A stretch of 64,000 nucleotides of DNA from Pseudomonas phage vB_Paer_PsCh, in the sequence record OM870969.1; one strand, 5' to 3'. The notes under the pieces were generated by a model. The model did no database searches. It was not told the origin of the DNA and saw only the letters and a list, made by a program, of their open reading frames with translations. How positions within the stretch are numbered: the first letter of the stretch is position 1; each line of letters begins with the position of its first letter. Below, one piece after another: positions 54,192 through 62,421 of the stretch. A program made the translations under genes and the position numbers.

Positions 54192-55400
54192 TTATTCTTC
54201 AGGGACAAATACACCGCCGATTACCCGGCCAGCGCGAATTAGTTTACCAGTTGGGAACTGAGCACGCAAGGTCTTTTTGAAACGACTTTGAATTTGCACA
54301 GTCAGCCATTTACCTCGGTAGTTCTCGAAGTTTGCAATCTGGTCTTTCCGAGCATCAAAGTCGCCATATGTCACCTCAAGGCGCTCTTCTGGCACAGGAT
54401 CAAATACTACCAATACCGCATTTCCGTTCTTGTCTTCAACGTAGCCGACGATTTGCATTTCCATGTCGAAGAACTCTTTGTACTTCTGAAGACCACTGGA
54501 ACGTTTACCTGATTCGTACAGTCCTTCAGGACTCCGCCACATGATGCCTTCGTAGCCTTTCTGCCGATACACATCATGAAGACGTTTCAGTTCTTCAAAG
54601 GTGGAGCAGAATACGTACTCAACAAAACGAATACTCCCCAGATCACTGTGTAGTGCAGACTGGAACTGGAAGTCTACCAGACGCTCCTTAAATGTCAAGT
54701 CATCTTTTACGATATCGAAGACATGGAACTCCATCCGCTTACGAAGACCGTAAATAAAGGACGTGCTGTCCACTTCCTTCAGGAGACGATCATACTCCTC
54801 CTCTCCGTTCTCTAGAGCGTAGGCGTCAAGAGCCTTCTCAGCCTTCATCCACTTATCGTAGGCATCCTCTCGCTTGACCGCCGAGTTGATATCCTCCAGC
54901 ACCTCACCGTGGACGTACAGTTCGCCGTCCCACACATCACCCTCTTGCATGATCTCTTCGAGTTCTTTGATGATGTGCGGTACATTGTAAGGTTTGCCCA
55001 TGCGAGACGCTAGCGTAACTACGCCATTGGCTTTCTTAGCCATGCAACGCAGGCCGTCTAGTTTAGGAGAGCCATACCCCTCTTTGTATTTAGCGGGATC
55101 AAGCGGTTTTGCGAGCATAGCCATAACAGGGAGATCGTTGAGTTCTTCCTTGGTTGCACGATAACCCTTGTCCAACTGCTTGCTCACCTTGGACTGAGCC
55201 TCAGACACGGCCTGCTCCTCTACAGAGCGTTTCTGCTTACCAACTCGGATGTTGGTAACCTGAGAGGTCATGGCTCCATGTTCTTTGCCGTATTTCACGA
55301 CGATATTGAAGCTACCGTCTTCCTCTCCGACCACCTCTACAGTCCACTCCTTGAACCCGCCTTTCTTGTCGAGTCCATACAGTCGTTGAAAATAACTCAT
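54192..55400 (-). CDS. ATP-dependent DNA ligase
   Basis: Motif I KLDGLR plus downstream adenylation/OB motifs. 402 aa. Confidence 0.75.
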   Translation of the reverse strand: MSYFQRLYGLDKKGGFKEWTVEVVGEEDGSFNIVVKYGKEHGAMTSQVTNIRVGKQKRSVEEQAVSEAQSKVSKQLDKGYRATKEELNDLPVMAMLAKPLDPAKYKEGYGSPKLDGLRCMAKKANGVVTLASRMGKPYNVPHIIKELEEIMQEGDVWDGELYVHGEVLEDINSAVKREDAYDKWMKAEKALDAYALENGEEEYDRLLKEVDSTSFIYGLRKRMEFHVFDIVKDDLTFKERLVDFQFQSALHSDLGSIRFVEYVFCSTFEELKRLHDVYRQKGYEGIMWRSPEGLYESGKRSSGLQKYKEFFDMEMQIVGYVEDKNGNAVLVVFDPVPEERLEVTYGDFDARKDQIANFENYRGKWLTVQIQSRFKKTLRAQFPTGKLIRAGRVIGGVFVPEE

Positions 55401-55813
55401 TGATCCTCCTCGTATTTGATGACAAGAACATCATTCTCCCGTAGGTGCCTAAGACCTTCGTCGAGCCGATATTCGTGCTTATAGTACACTACTTTGATCC
55501 CAGCTTCAACCACCGAGATAGCACAATTTTTACAGCAAGAGTGAGTGACGAACAGGGTAGCCCCTTGGGCACTCTCAGGGCTGCGTATAAGAGCCCTCAG
55601 TGCGTTTTCTTCGGCATGCCTCACCTCTGCCTTGGTTACTCCCGTTTCGTCCTCCAGCGGCCCGTTTAGGTGCTCTGGAAGGGCATTATACCCGCAACTG
55701 ATGATACGGTTACGTTTTACTAGAACTGCACCAACCTTGGAACGAGTCGAGTCGCTGCACTTAGCGAAGGCCTCAGCGGCCTCCATGTAAGCTTTAATAT
55801 GCTTGACCTTCAC
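55397..55813 (-). CDS. dCMP deaminase
   Basis: Zinc motifs HAEENAL and SCCKNCA. Confidence 0.75.
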   Translation of the reverse strand: MKVKHIKAYMEAAEAFAKCSDSTRSKVGAVLVKRNRIISCGYNALPEHLNGPLEDETGVTKAEVRHAEENALRALIRSPESAQGATLFVTHSCCKNCAISVVEAGIKVVYYKHEYRLDEGLRHLRENDVLVIKYEEDQ

Positions 55814-55815
55814 GA

Positions 55816-56052
55816 CTAGCCTCCAATTAGAACCGCGATCTCCTCGTAGTACCCCTCTTCAGGGCACGCGAATTCCATGTAGTACTCGTCAGTGTCTGTC
55901 AAATAGACAACGCTAGGCGGGTAATAGCTCCAAGTCGGGTCTCCGTGTTCAATCTCCGCTACCTTCAAGTTGCCATACACAGTGCGAAGAGTCTGTAGAG
56001 CCTCGATCACATCGTCGATGCGCATTACAGTGGGTTCAGTCGGTTCAGTCAT
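55816..56052 (-). CDS. hypothetical protein (78 aa)
   Basis: ORF. Confidence 0.4.
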   Translation of the reverse strand: MTEPTEPTVMRIDDVIEALQTLRTVYGNLKVAEIEHGDPTWSYYPPSVVYLTDTDEYYMEFACPEEGYYEEIAVLIGG

Positions 56053-56061
56053 ATCTCCTCC

Positions 56062-56274
56062 TTAGTTTTCTACTTTACAAACGGCATCGCCCCGGCGAAG
56101 GAACACTTGCACTGATGGCTTTCCGCTCCACTTGTCCCACGCTTCAGCTTTAACACTGACAGTCTTAGGATTGATTGCAACCACCTCGCCTACCAGCATA
56201 ACCATTCCAGTTCCGCCTAGGCAGAATGCTACTGCGTCGCCGATCTCGATATCCCTTCCTGCTACGTCCTTCAT
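56062..56274 (-). CDS. hypothetical protein (70 aa)
   Basis: ORF. Confidence 0.4.
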   Translation of the reverse strand: MKDVAGRDIEIGDAVAFCLGGTGMVMLVGEVVAINPKTVSVKAEAWDKWSGKPSVQVFLRRGDAVCKVEN

Positions 56275-56540
56275 TTGTACTCTCCATCTGCACCCTTGAT
56301 TAAAATAACGAAGTCCGAGGGATCATCACTGCCGTAGGCCTTTGCCCGAAACTCCTGCTCGTATTTATTCACCGCCTCCGGATCACTTTTAACCTCAAGC
56401 TCTTGGTAGAGGTCTTCCATAAACCAACCCAAGTCCGTGGTCGCAGCCGAAGCCGAGAGGTGACCAAGAAGTCCTACCAGCATATTGATCTCGTCGCTCT
56501 CCAACTCCAACTTGTGACCGTTACGTTTTACTACTTTCAT
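56271..56540 (-). CDS. hypothetical protein (89 aa)
   Basis: ORF. Confidence 0.4.
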   Translation of the reverse strand: MKVVKRNGHKLELESDEINMLVGLLGHLSASAATTDLGWFMEDLYQELEVKSDPEAVNKYEQEFRAKAYGSDDPSDFVILIKGADGEYK

Positions 56541-56548
56541 ATTTCCTC

Positions 56549-57209
56549 CTATCGCTTCTGTCCGCTTACGTCAAAGTACGATTTCCATTCTTCTCCGAAT
56601 AGTTCTCTACCCTTATCATCGTAGACTTTATGAGCCTCTTCTGCTGTTTTATAGCAACCGAGGTAAATTCTCTTACCTTCATACCTGATCCGGGCAACGT
56701 ACCTGTTGTTTCTAAAAAAAGATACCGGGATACCCGTTTGTATTACGGGTAGACGCGGGTTTATTCTGCTGCTGCTCCGAGTCCGTCGCCCACCGGCAAT
56801 TAGACTTGCAATACCCTTTTGTCGAGTCCTTTCTATCGAGAGTCTTTTTCTCGGGTCGTTCTCCCATGTCCTCATAGAACCCCTCGAATGTCTTCCACTT
56901 AGGATCGATGGTAACATCCTTATAATATTTGTAACTCTTGTGCTTTGGGTTCGTACATCTGTCGATCATTGTCCTCCAAGAATTGTATGTCGGAGTTCCG
57001 TACATTCCATGGGAGGATAGTAGTTTAGACTGCATGCACCCGCAACTCTTATTATCTCCTACCTTGAGTGCTCCAGTTCTAATTTTCAAAATTGCCCCGC
57101 AGATGCATTCGCATAGCCAAAGAACCTCTCTTGAATTACTCCTCGCTCCAGAGTCTCCGACTACCCTGAGATATGTGAATGTCTGCCCTGTCAGGTCTTT
57201 AACTGCCAT
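56549..57209 (-). pseudogene. frameshifted HNH-AP2 homing endonuclease (HNH part 56712..57209, AP2 part 56549..56917; shift at A7/T7 run 56718-56724)
   Basis: The HNH_3 pattern WRTMIDRCTNPKHKSYKYY...GYCKSNCRWAT and the AP2 pattern YVARIRYEGKRIYLGCYKTAEEAHKVY lie in different frames overlapping by about 200 nt. A homopolymer sits at the junction. The intact paralog is at 38790..39443. Confidence 0.55.
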
Positions 57210-57210
57210 C

Positions 57211-57558
57211 CTACCTCCTTACTTGACGAGTGGCTATGCCGTAAGCTGGCTTGCTCCCCTCGCCCGTGTTGTGTTTCTTCTGCACTCGGCTGGCATTGAC
57301 GGGGTAACGCCCTTTGCCATACTCTTCATCTATCCACGCTTGAGCCTTAGCTCGCTGAGATGTGTGGACAAAGATGTAGTAGCCTGATGCATCTTTGATG
57401 AACCAAGTGGCCGGAGGCTGGAAGTCCAGCCGTGAAAACTCTTCGTAGTCAATCACGGTCACCTTCTGCTTAGCCACTGTATACTGCCCCACTACCGACT
57501 CTTTTGCAATGATTTTATCAATCATCTGAGTTGAAAGATCAGAGTTCTTCGAGGTCAA
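57211..57558 (-). CDS. hypothetical protein (115 aa)
   Basis: ORF. Confidence 0.45.
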   Translation of the reverse strand: MTSKNSDLSTQMIDKIIAKESVVGQYTVAKQKVTVIDYEEFSRLDFQPPATWFIKDASGYYIFVHTSQRAKAQAWIDEEYGKGRYPVNASRVQKKHNTGEGSKPAYGIATRQVRR

Positions 57559-57817
57559 TTTCTACCTCCTTTCCTAGTCCAGTATCTGCAAAGAAGCTAT
57601 CGAGACTCAGAGCGTGGTATTGAGACACTTTGTAACCACCACTCTTCAGAAGGCTGTGAGCGGCCTCCTCTACTTTGTCCTCTGTCAGTCTCCAGTCCGC
57701 ACCTAGGAGTACTTCAGCTAACTGCTCTACACTTGGAGGGTTCCCAATCCACAGACCCATTCTACTGTCAGGCTCGTAATCTTCTTCCCATACAAGTTCC
57801 CACACTAGGTTACTCAT
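57539..57817 (-). CDS. hypothetical protein (92 aa)
   Basis: ORF. Confidence 0.4.
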   Translation of the reverse strand: MSNLVWELVWEEDYEPDSRMGLWIGNPPSVEQLAEVLLGADWRLTEDKVEEAAHSLLKSGGYKVSQYHALSLDSFFADTGLGKEVEIDLEEL

Positions 57818-58092
57818 TGGTACACCTCCTTCTTACGAATAGAATACATAACCCACTCGTCTTTTCCTGTCTTCCCGCACGGAATGTCTACTTCACACTC
57901 TGCGTTTACAATCAGGCCCGCTACGATGCAATCAAGAAGCTCCTCGTCTGGTTCTGGCAAGCCCGGGTAGGACGATACAACCCTGCGGATAGTCTCCGCT
58001 TTGGTATTGCCCAGTACCCCAAGCATGTGGAGATCGAACTCTCCACTGTAGTCGTCCCAGAGTTGTCCAAATATCACCCATACACTATTCAT
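57814..58092 (-). CDS. hypothetical protein (92 aa)
   Basis: Start moved to ATG 58092 with RBS GAAGGAGGA. The longer track ORF would overlap the next gene. Confidence 0.4.
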   Translation of the reverse strand: MNSVWVIFGQLWDDYSGEFDLHMLGVLGNTKAETIRRVVSSYPGLPEPDEELLDCIVAGLIVNAECEVDIPCGKTGKDEWVMYSIRKKEVYQ

Positions 58093-58126
58093 ACCTAGTA
58101 ATCCTCCTTCAGCTTGTTGGTGTCCA

Positions 58127-58312
58127 TTAGGCAGCCTCCTTCTTCTTGTCCAGCAACTTAAGGCATCGTTTGCAGGTGATATGATTGCGGTAGCGGGAGA
58201 AGTTCTTCTCCTCGAAGTCGCCATCGGTGCCACAGAAGACGTCATACGGTTCTTCACTGTCCGCTTCTGTGCCGCCGTCCCACTCGTCGTAGTGAACTGT
58301 TCGCGTCGCCAT
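58127..58312 (-). CDS. small zinc-binding protein
   Basis: CGTDGD...CKRC. RBS GAGGTGAAGTGA. Confidence 0.35.
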   Translation of the reverse strand: MATRTVHYDEWDGGTEADSEEPYDVFCGTDGDFEEKNFSRYRNHITCKRCLKLLDKKKEAA

Positions 58313-58615
58313 TCACTTCACCTCGATTCCGGCTTGCTGGAGGGCTTCTTTCACGGCATCAAGCACTGCGTTGTAGCTGCCGATTATCAGGTTGCCGTAG
58401 ATGTTTCTTGTGGGCTCCATTTTCTCCGGCAACTCCACCCTCAGAGCCGCGCGGCTGGCTTGCCATATCCGCCAGTCATGATGTGGTGTGTCGTGGATGT
58501 ATTGATGCGGCGGATGCTCATATCGATCAAGGGTGAAGCCATGGTGCCCATCCTTAATTTGGGCCGCGTAGTTACGCACGAACCACGCTTCAAACTCGTC
58601 TCTCATACTCCGCAA
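58313..58615 (-). CDS. hypothetical protein (100 aa)
   Basis: ORF. Confidence 0.45.
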   Translation of the reverse strand: MRSMRDEFEAWFVRNYAAQIKDGHHGFTLDRYEHPPHQYIHDTPHHDWRIWQASRAALRVELPEKMEPTRNIYGNLIIGSYNAVLDAVKEALQQAGIEVK

Positions 58616-58788
58616 TCCTCCTGAATCTCTTTTAGCAGCTCGGAAGGCATAACCGACAGCGCCAGTTCCTCCAGAGCATGGATGTAATCCTCAACATATT
58701 TCCACTCATTTCTGATCTTCTGAAGGTACACGCCTTCTTTACTGTTGTCAATAGCCTGACCCTCCAACTCCTGCATAAGTTCGAACAT
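58603..58788 (-). CDS. hypothetical protein (61 aa)
   Basis: ORF. Confidence 0.35.
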   Translation of the reverse strand: MFELMQELEGQAIDNSKEGVYLQKIRNEWKYVEDYIHALEELALSVMPSELLKEIQEDCGV

Positions 58789-58805
58789 CTTGTATATCCT
58801 CCTTT

Positions 58806-58839
58806 GGCCGAAAAAATGGCCGGCGACTACTGCCCCGGC
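58806..58839 (-). terminator. rho-independent terminator (minus strand)
   Basis: GGCCGGGGCAGTAGTCGCCGGCC hairpin followed by ATTTTTT on the minus strand. Confidence 0.5.
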
Positions 58840-58848
58840 CTGATGATA

Positions 58849-59397
58849 CTACTCTGAAATTTCTTCCATTGCAAGGCGTTTCTTTTCAAAGAAGTCACTG
58901 AGCTTATCTTCTAGCTCTTCGCCACCAATGTAAAGCTCTTCCCCTGCCTTGACACGCTCTAGCTCCTTCTCAGTCAAGAAGTCACTGTAGACGTGATCTA
59001 CCCATTTATCGCACCACGCTGAGCTAAACGCTGCATTCCTCAGACTATTCCTGAAATCAGCAGATACAACGCCAAAAGAAGGCGCGTGGATCATGAAATA
59101 TGTGAACTGGTCGATCTCAACGGAGTCGCAGGCTAGTGCGATGGCAGTCATGGCAGACGCACACTCACCTTCGAGACGAGCATGCACTGGAGCTTGACAC
59201 TCCTTGATCGCTCGGATTATAGCGTTGGCGGTCTCTACCTGTCCACCGCATCCGTTAATGGTGATGTACACTTCATCATTCTGACCTGCATTTTCAAGGG
59301 TCCAAAGCTCCTCTGTGAGTTCTTCGAGGCTCTTGATTACGTATGGCAGAAGGATGGAGTAACGATTGCTAACACTTTGTGTACATGAAACAGGCAT
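58849..59397 (-). CDS. ClpP-like serine protease (S14 family-like)
   Basis: YITINGCGGQVETANAIIRAI...GECASAMTAIALAC...MIHAP parallels the ClpP Ser/His regions. Confidence 0.5.
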   Translation of the reverse strand: MPVSCTQSVSNRYSILLPYVIKSLEELTEELWTLENAGQNDEVYITINGCGGQVETANAIIRAIKECQAPVHARLEGECASAMTAIALACDSVEIDQFTYFMIHAPSFGVVSADFRNSLRNAAFSSAWCDKWVDHVYSDFLTEKELERVKAGEELYIGGEELEDKLSDFFEKKRLAMEEISE

Positions 59398-59410
59398 AAT
59401 ACCTCCTTTA

Positions 59411-59434
59411 CAAAAATGGGCCCGAAAGGGCCCT
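59411..59434 (-). terminator. rho-independent terminator (minus strand)
   Basis: GGGCCCTTTCGGGCCC hairpin followed by ATTTTTG on the minus strand. Confidence 0.55.
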
Positions 59435-59444
59435 TATTACTGAA

Positions 59445-59801
59445 TCACTCCTCGCTTTCTTTCTGGCCAGAGCCCAGCATTGCAAAGAATGGAAGGAGGA
59501 TTGTGCTCAGCTCTCCGCTGACAGCTTCACCAACTTCTGCACCAGCCTGAGCTACACTCAGGAACTCTTCAGTGCGTACAAACTTGTCAACCTTGACGAG
59601 GGTTTTAAAGTCTACTCGTTCCAAGAACGCAGTCCCGGCTGCTTCCGCCAGAGGTTCGAGGTTTACGACTTCCATAGCGCGATCCAGAGCTTCCTGATTG
59701 ATCTCTAGGCCGTTCTGGGCTGCAACCTGCATCAGGGTAGACTTCACAGTCTGGATTGCGTAGTCTTTGAAAAACTCACGTTGTGCTTTGTTAAACTTCA
59801 T
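59445..59801 (-). CDS. hypothetical protein (118 aa)
   Basis: ORF. Confidence 0.45.
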   Translation of the reverse strand: MKFNKAQREFFKDYAIQTVKSTLMQVAAQNGLEINQEALDRAMEVVNLEPLAEAAGTAFLERVDFKTLVKVDKFVRTEEFLSVAQAGAEVGEAVSGELSTILLPFFAMLGSGQKESEE

Positions 59802-60295
59802 TCACTTTTCTCCTTTGTAGTACGACGACGGCGGGTTTTTGGTTTATCTTCCGATTCAGTCTCTTGGACTTCCTCTACAGGAGCTTCCTCTACAGGAGCT
59901 TCCTCTACAGGAGCTTCCTTAGCTACTTCTGTAGACTTTTCCTCAGTCTGCTTCTCTGCGCCTTCTCGGACCATCTTTACAGACTTGAGAGCGAAATTCA
60001 TATTGGCGAAATGAGGGTCTTCGAGATCAATGCGGAAACCTTGATCGAAAGCATTTTGCATGCCCATCAGAAGGCTGAAAACGTCCCATTCTTGCACAAT
60101 GACCTCATTGCCGTCAAGCTCTTTTTCAATCTCAGGGCTGACGCCTTCCTGCCGGAACATCTGCACTTGACAGAGGGTACCGTACACAGGATAGCCTTCA
60201 ATCGACCGAACGACACGGAAACCTTCCTTCATGTGGGCGTGAATCGAGCGAAGCCAGACGATAGGGTTGTATTCTACGATATTGATAACTTGCAT
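59798..60295 (-). CDS. hypothetical protein with (EAPVE)x3 repeat and basic C-terminal tail
   Basis: First gene of the minus-strand operon. The 15-bp tandem DNA repeat encodes EAPVEEAPVEEAPVEE. C-terminus KTRRRRTTKEKSE. Confidence 0.5.
   Translation of the reverse strand: MQVINIVEYNPIVWLRSIHAHMKEGFRVVRSIEGYPVYGTLCQVQMFRQEGVSPEIEKELDGNEVIVQEWDVFSLLMGMQNAFDQGFRIDLEDPHFANMNFALKSVKMVREGAEKQTEEKSTEVAKEAPVEEAPVEEAPVEEVQETESEDKPKTRRRRTTKEKSE
59866..59930. repeat. 15-bp tandem repeat (GAGCTTCCTCTACAG) x about 4 inside the CDS
   Basis: Seen directly in the sequence. Confidence 0.7.
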
Positions 60296-60328
60296 ATTCT
60301 TTTACTCCTTGCGGGTTAGTGTTTTACA

Positions 60329-60356
60329 ATAATACCACGTTTCTCAGGAATGTCAA
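60329..60356 (-). promoter_or_regulatory. sigma70 promoter for the minus-strand operon (TTGACA-16-TATTAT, extended -10 TGGTATTAT)
   Basis: Minus-strand read: GGGTTGACATTCCTGAGAAACGTGGTATTATTG. Confidence 0.55.
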
Positions 60357-60378
60357 CCCATTTTGTTCTGGTAAAGGC

Positions 60379-60407
60379 TTGACATAGAGGAAATCTGTGG
60401 TATTATC
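60379..60407 (+). promoter_or_regulatory. divergent sigma70 promoter (TTGACA-17-TATTAT, extended -10 TGGTATTAT)
   Basis: GGCTTGACATAGAGGAAATCTGTGGTATTATCA. Confidence 0.55.
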
Positions 60408-60767
60408 AATATTCAGCGTGGGAGAGATATGTCTGAAAGCACTCACCGGCCCACGCCTAGCGCCTATGAAGAGGAATCCACAAGGGCAACCTGAACTCGA
60501 ATGCTGTTAAAGGGTGGAGACGACGCGAAAGCGGAATGACAGCAATCCGATGCAGCCTACATGCTGCCCCTCACCGAACTCATCTGCATGAGTAAGAGGA
60601 ATTGGATAGAGCCAAGGCACGTCTTAGGCAGATTAAATTCTGTATGGCGAGCCTTGGGACGACTCTATCCTTCCCTAGCCGAATCTATCTGCATGGGGTG
60701 TTCTCCTGATACACATACACAAATACCCACCACAGATAATCCATCAATCAACCCATAAGGAATTTCT

Positions 60768-60956
60768 ATGAGATGTAAGTGCTGTGATAGCGAACTCTCG
60801 TTTGAGACTCCAGTCATCAATAAACATACTGGTAAGGAGGACGATCTCTGCTCCTCTTGCCGTAGGTTTGCTCTCAATCCTACACTGGATCATGAGTATT
60901 TTGGTGGTTGGTATCCAAGCGAAGGGGTTACCGCTCCTCTGCCGACCGGGGACTGA
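60768..60956 (+). CDS. small zinc-binding protein (CxxC...CxxC)
   Basis: RBS AAGGAA. MRCKCCDS...CSSCRR. Confidence 0.4.
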   Translation: MRCKCCDSELSFETPVINKHTGKEDDLCSSCRRFALNPTLDHEYFGGWYPSEGVTAPLPTGD

Positions 60957-61031
60957 CATTGTATATAGAGTGCGCGTACTCTGACAATATGTATAAATAG
61001 TAGATTACGGTGCGAATAATTCTTTAAGGGC

Positions 61032-61059
61032 TTGACAACAGGAGATTTCGTGCTATAAT
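61032..61059 (+). promoter_or_regulatory. near-consensus sigma70 promoter (TTGACA-16-TATAAT)
   Basis: CTTGACAACAGGAGATTTCGTGCTATAATC. Confidence 0.6.
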
Positions 61060-61098
61060 CGGAGTATATGGGGCTTACAAAGCTTCAGAGGATTTAAT

Positions 61099-61422
61099 AT
61101 GACTCAAGAAAGAAACAAGGGCGGTCGCCCTACGAATGCCGAGCTAGAAGCCCGGGGTATCATTCAAACAGACCTAAAAGCAGGACTCAGACTTCTAAAG
61201 AAGAGCTTTGCAGAGAACATTAGGTTCCTACAAGAGCAATCTGACAATCCTGAGGTTTCTCTACAAATGAGAATCAAGCTCAAGAAAGAGCTTTCTGATA
61301 TGTTCGTCGCTTACTACAAAGCTGACATTGCACTCAAAAAAGAGCTTGCAAAAGGAACAGAATCAGGAGATAATGAGAACACTGAAGAGGACAAGACTCC
61401 CGGAGTAGTTCTCGCGTTTTGA
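61099..61422 (+). CDS. hypothetical protein (107 aa) with N-terminal KGGRPT motif
   Basis: RBS CAGAGGATTTAAT. Possibly a DNA-binding protein. Confidence 0.45.
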   Translation: MTQERNKGGRPTNAELEARGIIQTDLKAGLRLLKKSFAENIRFLQEQSDNPEVSLQMRIKLKKELSDMFVAYYKADIALKKELAKGTESGDNENTEEDKTPGVVLAF

Positions 61423-61427
61423 TTAAT

Positions 61428-61501
61428 TGCCGCTTCGTTTAATGGTAGGACGCCAGACTTTGAATCTGGAGATGATGGTTCGATCCCATCAGCGGCTGCC
61501 A
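61428..61501 (+). tRNA. tRNA-Gln (anticodon TTG)
   Basis: Cloverleaf: anticodon arm CCAGA-CTTTGAA-TCTGG; T-arm GATGG-TTCGATC-CCATC; encoded CCA; U1:U72 mismatch. Confidence 0.6.
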
Positions 61502-61582
61502 AATGTAGTAAAAGAACATTCACCCGACAAGGAATGTGTCTCGCTCAGAGGACAGCGAGTAATAAGTGTCCTCCAGAATTAA

Positions 61583-61659
61583 GGGTCGGTGAGCGTAATT
61601 GGCAACCTACTGGATTCCAAATCCTCGTATTCTCTGTTCGAATCGGAGTCGGCCCGCCA
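61583..61659 (+). tRNA. tRNA-like element, anticodon arm not resolvable (possible pseudo-tRNA)
   Basis: Good acceptor (GGGTCGG/TCGGCCC), T-arm CTCTG-TTCGAAT-CGGAG and encoded CCA, but no clean anticodon stem by eye. Confidence 0.35.
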
Positions 61660-61667
61660 AATTAGTG

Positions 61668-61696
61668 TTGACAGGAGAGAAGGTCTCCTGTATAGT
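61668..61696 (+). promoter_or_regulatory. sigma70 promoter (TTGACA-17-TATAGT) with inverted repeat in spacer
   Basis: GTTGACAGGAGAGAAGGTCTCCTGTATAGT. Confidence 0.5.
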
Positions 61697-61706
61697 GACG
61701 CCAATT

Positions 61707-61781
61707 GCTCGTATAGTGTAACGGATGCACAACGGTCTTCTAAGCCGTAAGGTCTAGGTTCGAATCCTAGTATGAGCGCCA
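61707..61781 (+). tRNA. tRNA-Arg (anticodon TCT)
   Basis: Acceptor GCTCGTA/TATGAGC; anticodon arm ACGGT-CTTCTAA-GCCGT; T-arm CTAGG-TTCGAAT-CCTAG; CCA. Confidence 0.65.
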
Positions 61782-61788
61782 AATTAGA

Positions 61789-61864
61789 TGGACGGAAGCT
61801 AAAGTGGATAGGCATCGGGCTTTTAACCCGACTATAGTGAGTTCGAGTCTCACCCGTTCAACCA
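61789..61864 (+). tRNA. tRNA-Lys (anticodon TTT)
   Basis: Anticodon arm TCGGG-CTTTTAA-CCCGA; T-arm GTGAG-TTCGAGT-CTCAC; CCA. Confidence 0.65.
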
Positions 61865-61869
61865 ATTTT

Positions 61870-61957
61870 AGTGAGTAAATCAGATAGGTTCTGAGGCTCC
61901 CTGCTAAGGAGTACGTCTGCTAACGCGGATGTGGATCGAGACCACTGCTCACTGCCA
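61870..61957 (+). tRNA. tRNA-Ser (anticodon GCT), type II long variable arm
   Basis: 88 nt. Anticodon arm GCTCC-CTGCTAA-GGAGT; acceptor AGTGAGT/GCTCACT; CCA. Confidence 0.55.
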
Positions 61958-61976
61958 AAATAAGTGATTTTAAGTG

Positions 61977-62005
61977 TTGACAAACTGAATTTTTCATGTT
62001 TTAAT
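61977..62005 (+). promoter_or_regulatory. sigma70 promoter (TTGACA-17-TTTAAT)
   Basis: GTGTTGACAAACTGAATTTTTCATGTTTTAAT. Confidence 0.45.
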
Positions 62006-62040
62006 ACACTTATCAGATCAAGAAATACTTAGCGAGTAGC

Positions 62041-62120
62041 CCTGAGTAGGTCGGGAACTAGTCTAGAAAACTAGGCCACTGTGATGAACGGTGAGGGTTC
62101 AACTCCTTTACTCGCTGCCA
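62041..62120 (+). tRNA. type II tRNA (Ser-like; anticodon loop CTAGAAA parses as AGA; uncertain)
   Basis: Acceptor AGCGAGT/ACTCGCT, 3-bp D stem CCC/GGG, anticodon stem CTAGT/ACTAG, T-loop TTCAACT, CCA. A34 would be unusual. Confidence 0.4.
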
Positions 62121-62126
62121 AATTTT

Positions 62127-62211
62127 GGCCCTGTGGTGGAATTGGTATACACATCAGTCTTAGAAACTGACGCCGAGAGGATTGAGGGTTCAAGTCCCTC
62201 CGGGGCCACCA
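62127..62211 (+). tRNA. tRNA-Leu (anticodon TAG), type II
   Basis: Acceptor GGCCCTG/CGGGGCC; anticodon arm TCAGT-CTTAGAA-ACTGA; T-arm AGGGTTCAAGTCCCT; CCA. Confidence 0.65.
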
Positions 62212-62220
62212 AATTAAGAA

Positions 62221-62297
62221 TCTCTTTTGCTATTTGGTAAGGGTTCGAGTCCCTTCCCGGCTGCTATGGTCGGTCTACGGTGGCCAAATAGTGAGAG
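62221..62297 (+). ncRNA. structured RNA candidate: ~15-bp outer stem (TCTCTTTTGCTATTTGG / CCAAATAGTGAGAGA) enclosing an orphan T-arm-like hairpin AAGGGTTCGAGTCCCTT
   Basis: Inverted repeat read directly from the sequence. No acceptor, D or anticodon arms, so not a tRNA. Confidence 0.4.
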
Positions 62298-62368
62298 AGC
62301 TAGGGGACATGACGAAGGTAGCGCTGCTTTCCGACCTCCCCGGCGCTATAAAAGTTATCATGAAGGGG

Positions 62369-62396
62369 TTGACAAACAAGAAATTCATGATAATAT
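62369..62396 (+). promoter_or_regulatory. sigma70 promoter (TTGACA-16-TAATAT)
   Basis: GGTTGACAAACAAGAAATTCATGATAATAT. Confidence 0.5.
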
Positions 62397-62421
62397 AGGT
62401 ACATAGAGTAACAAACAATAC

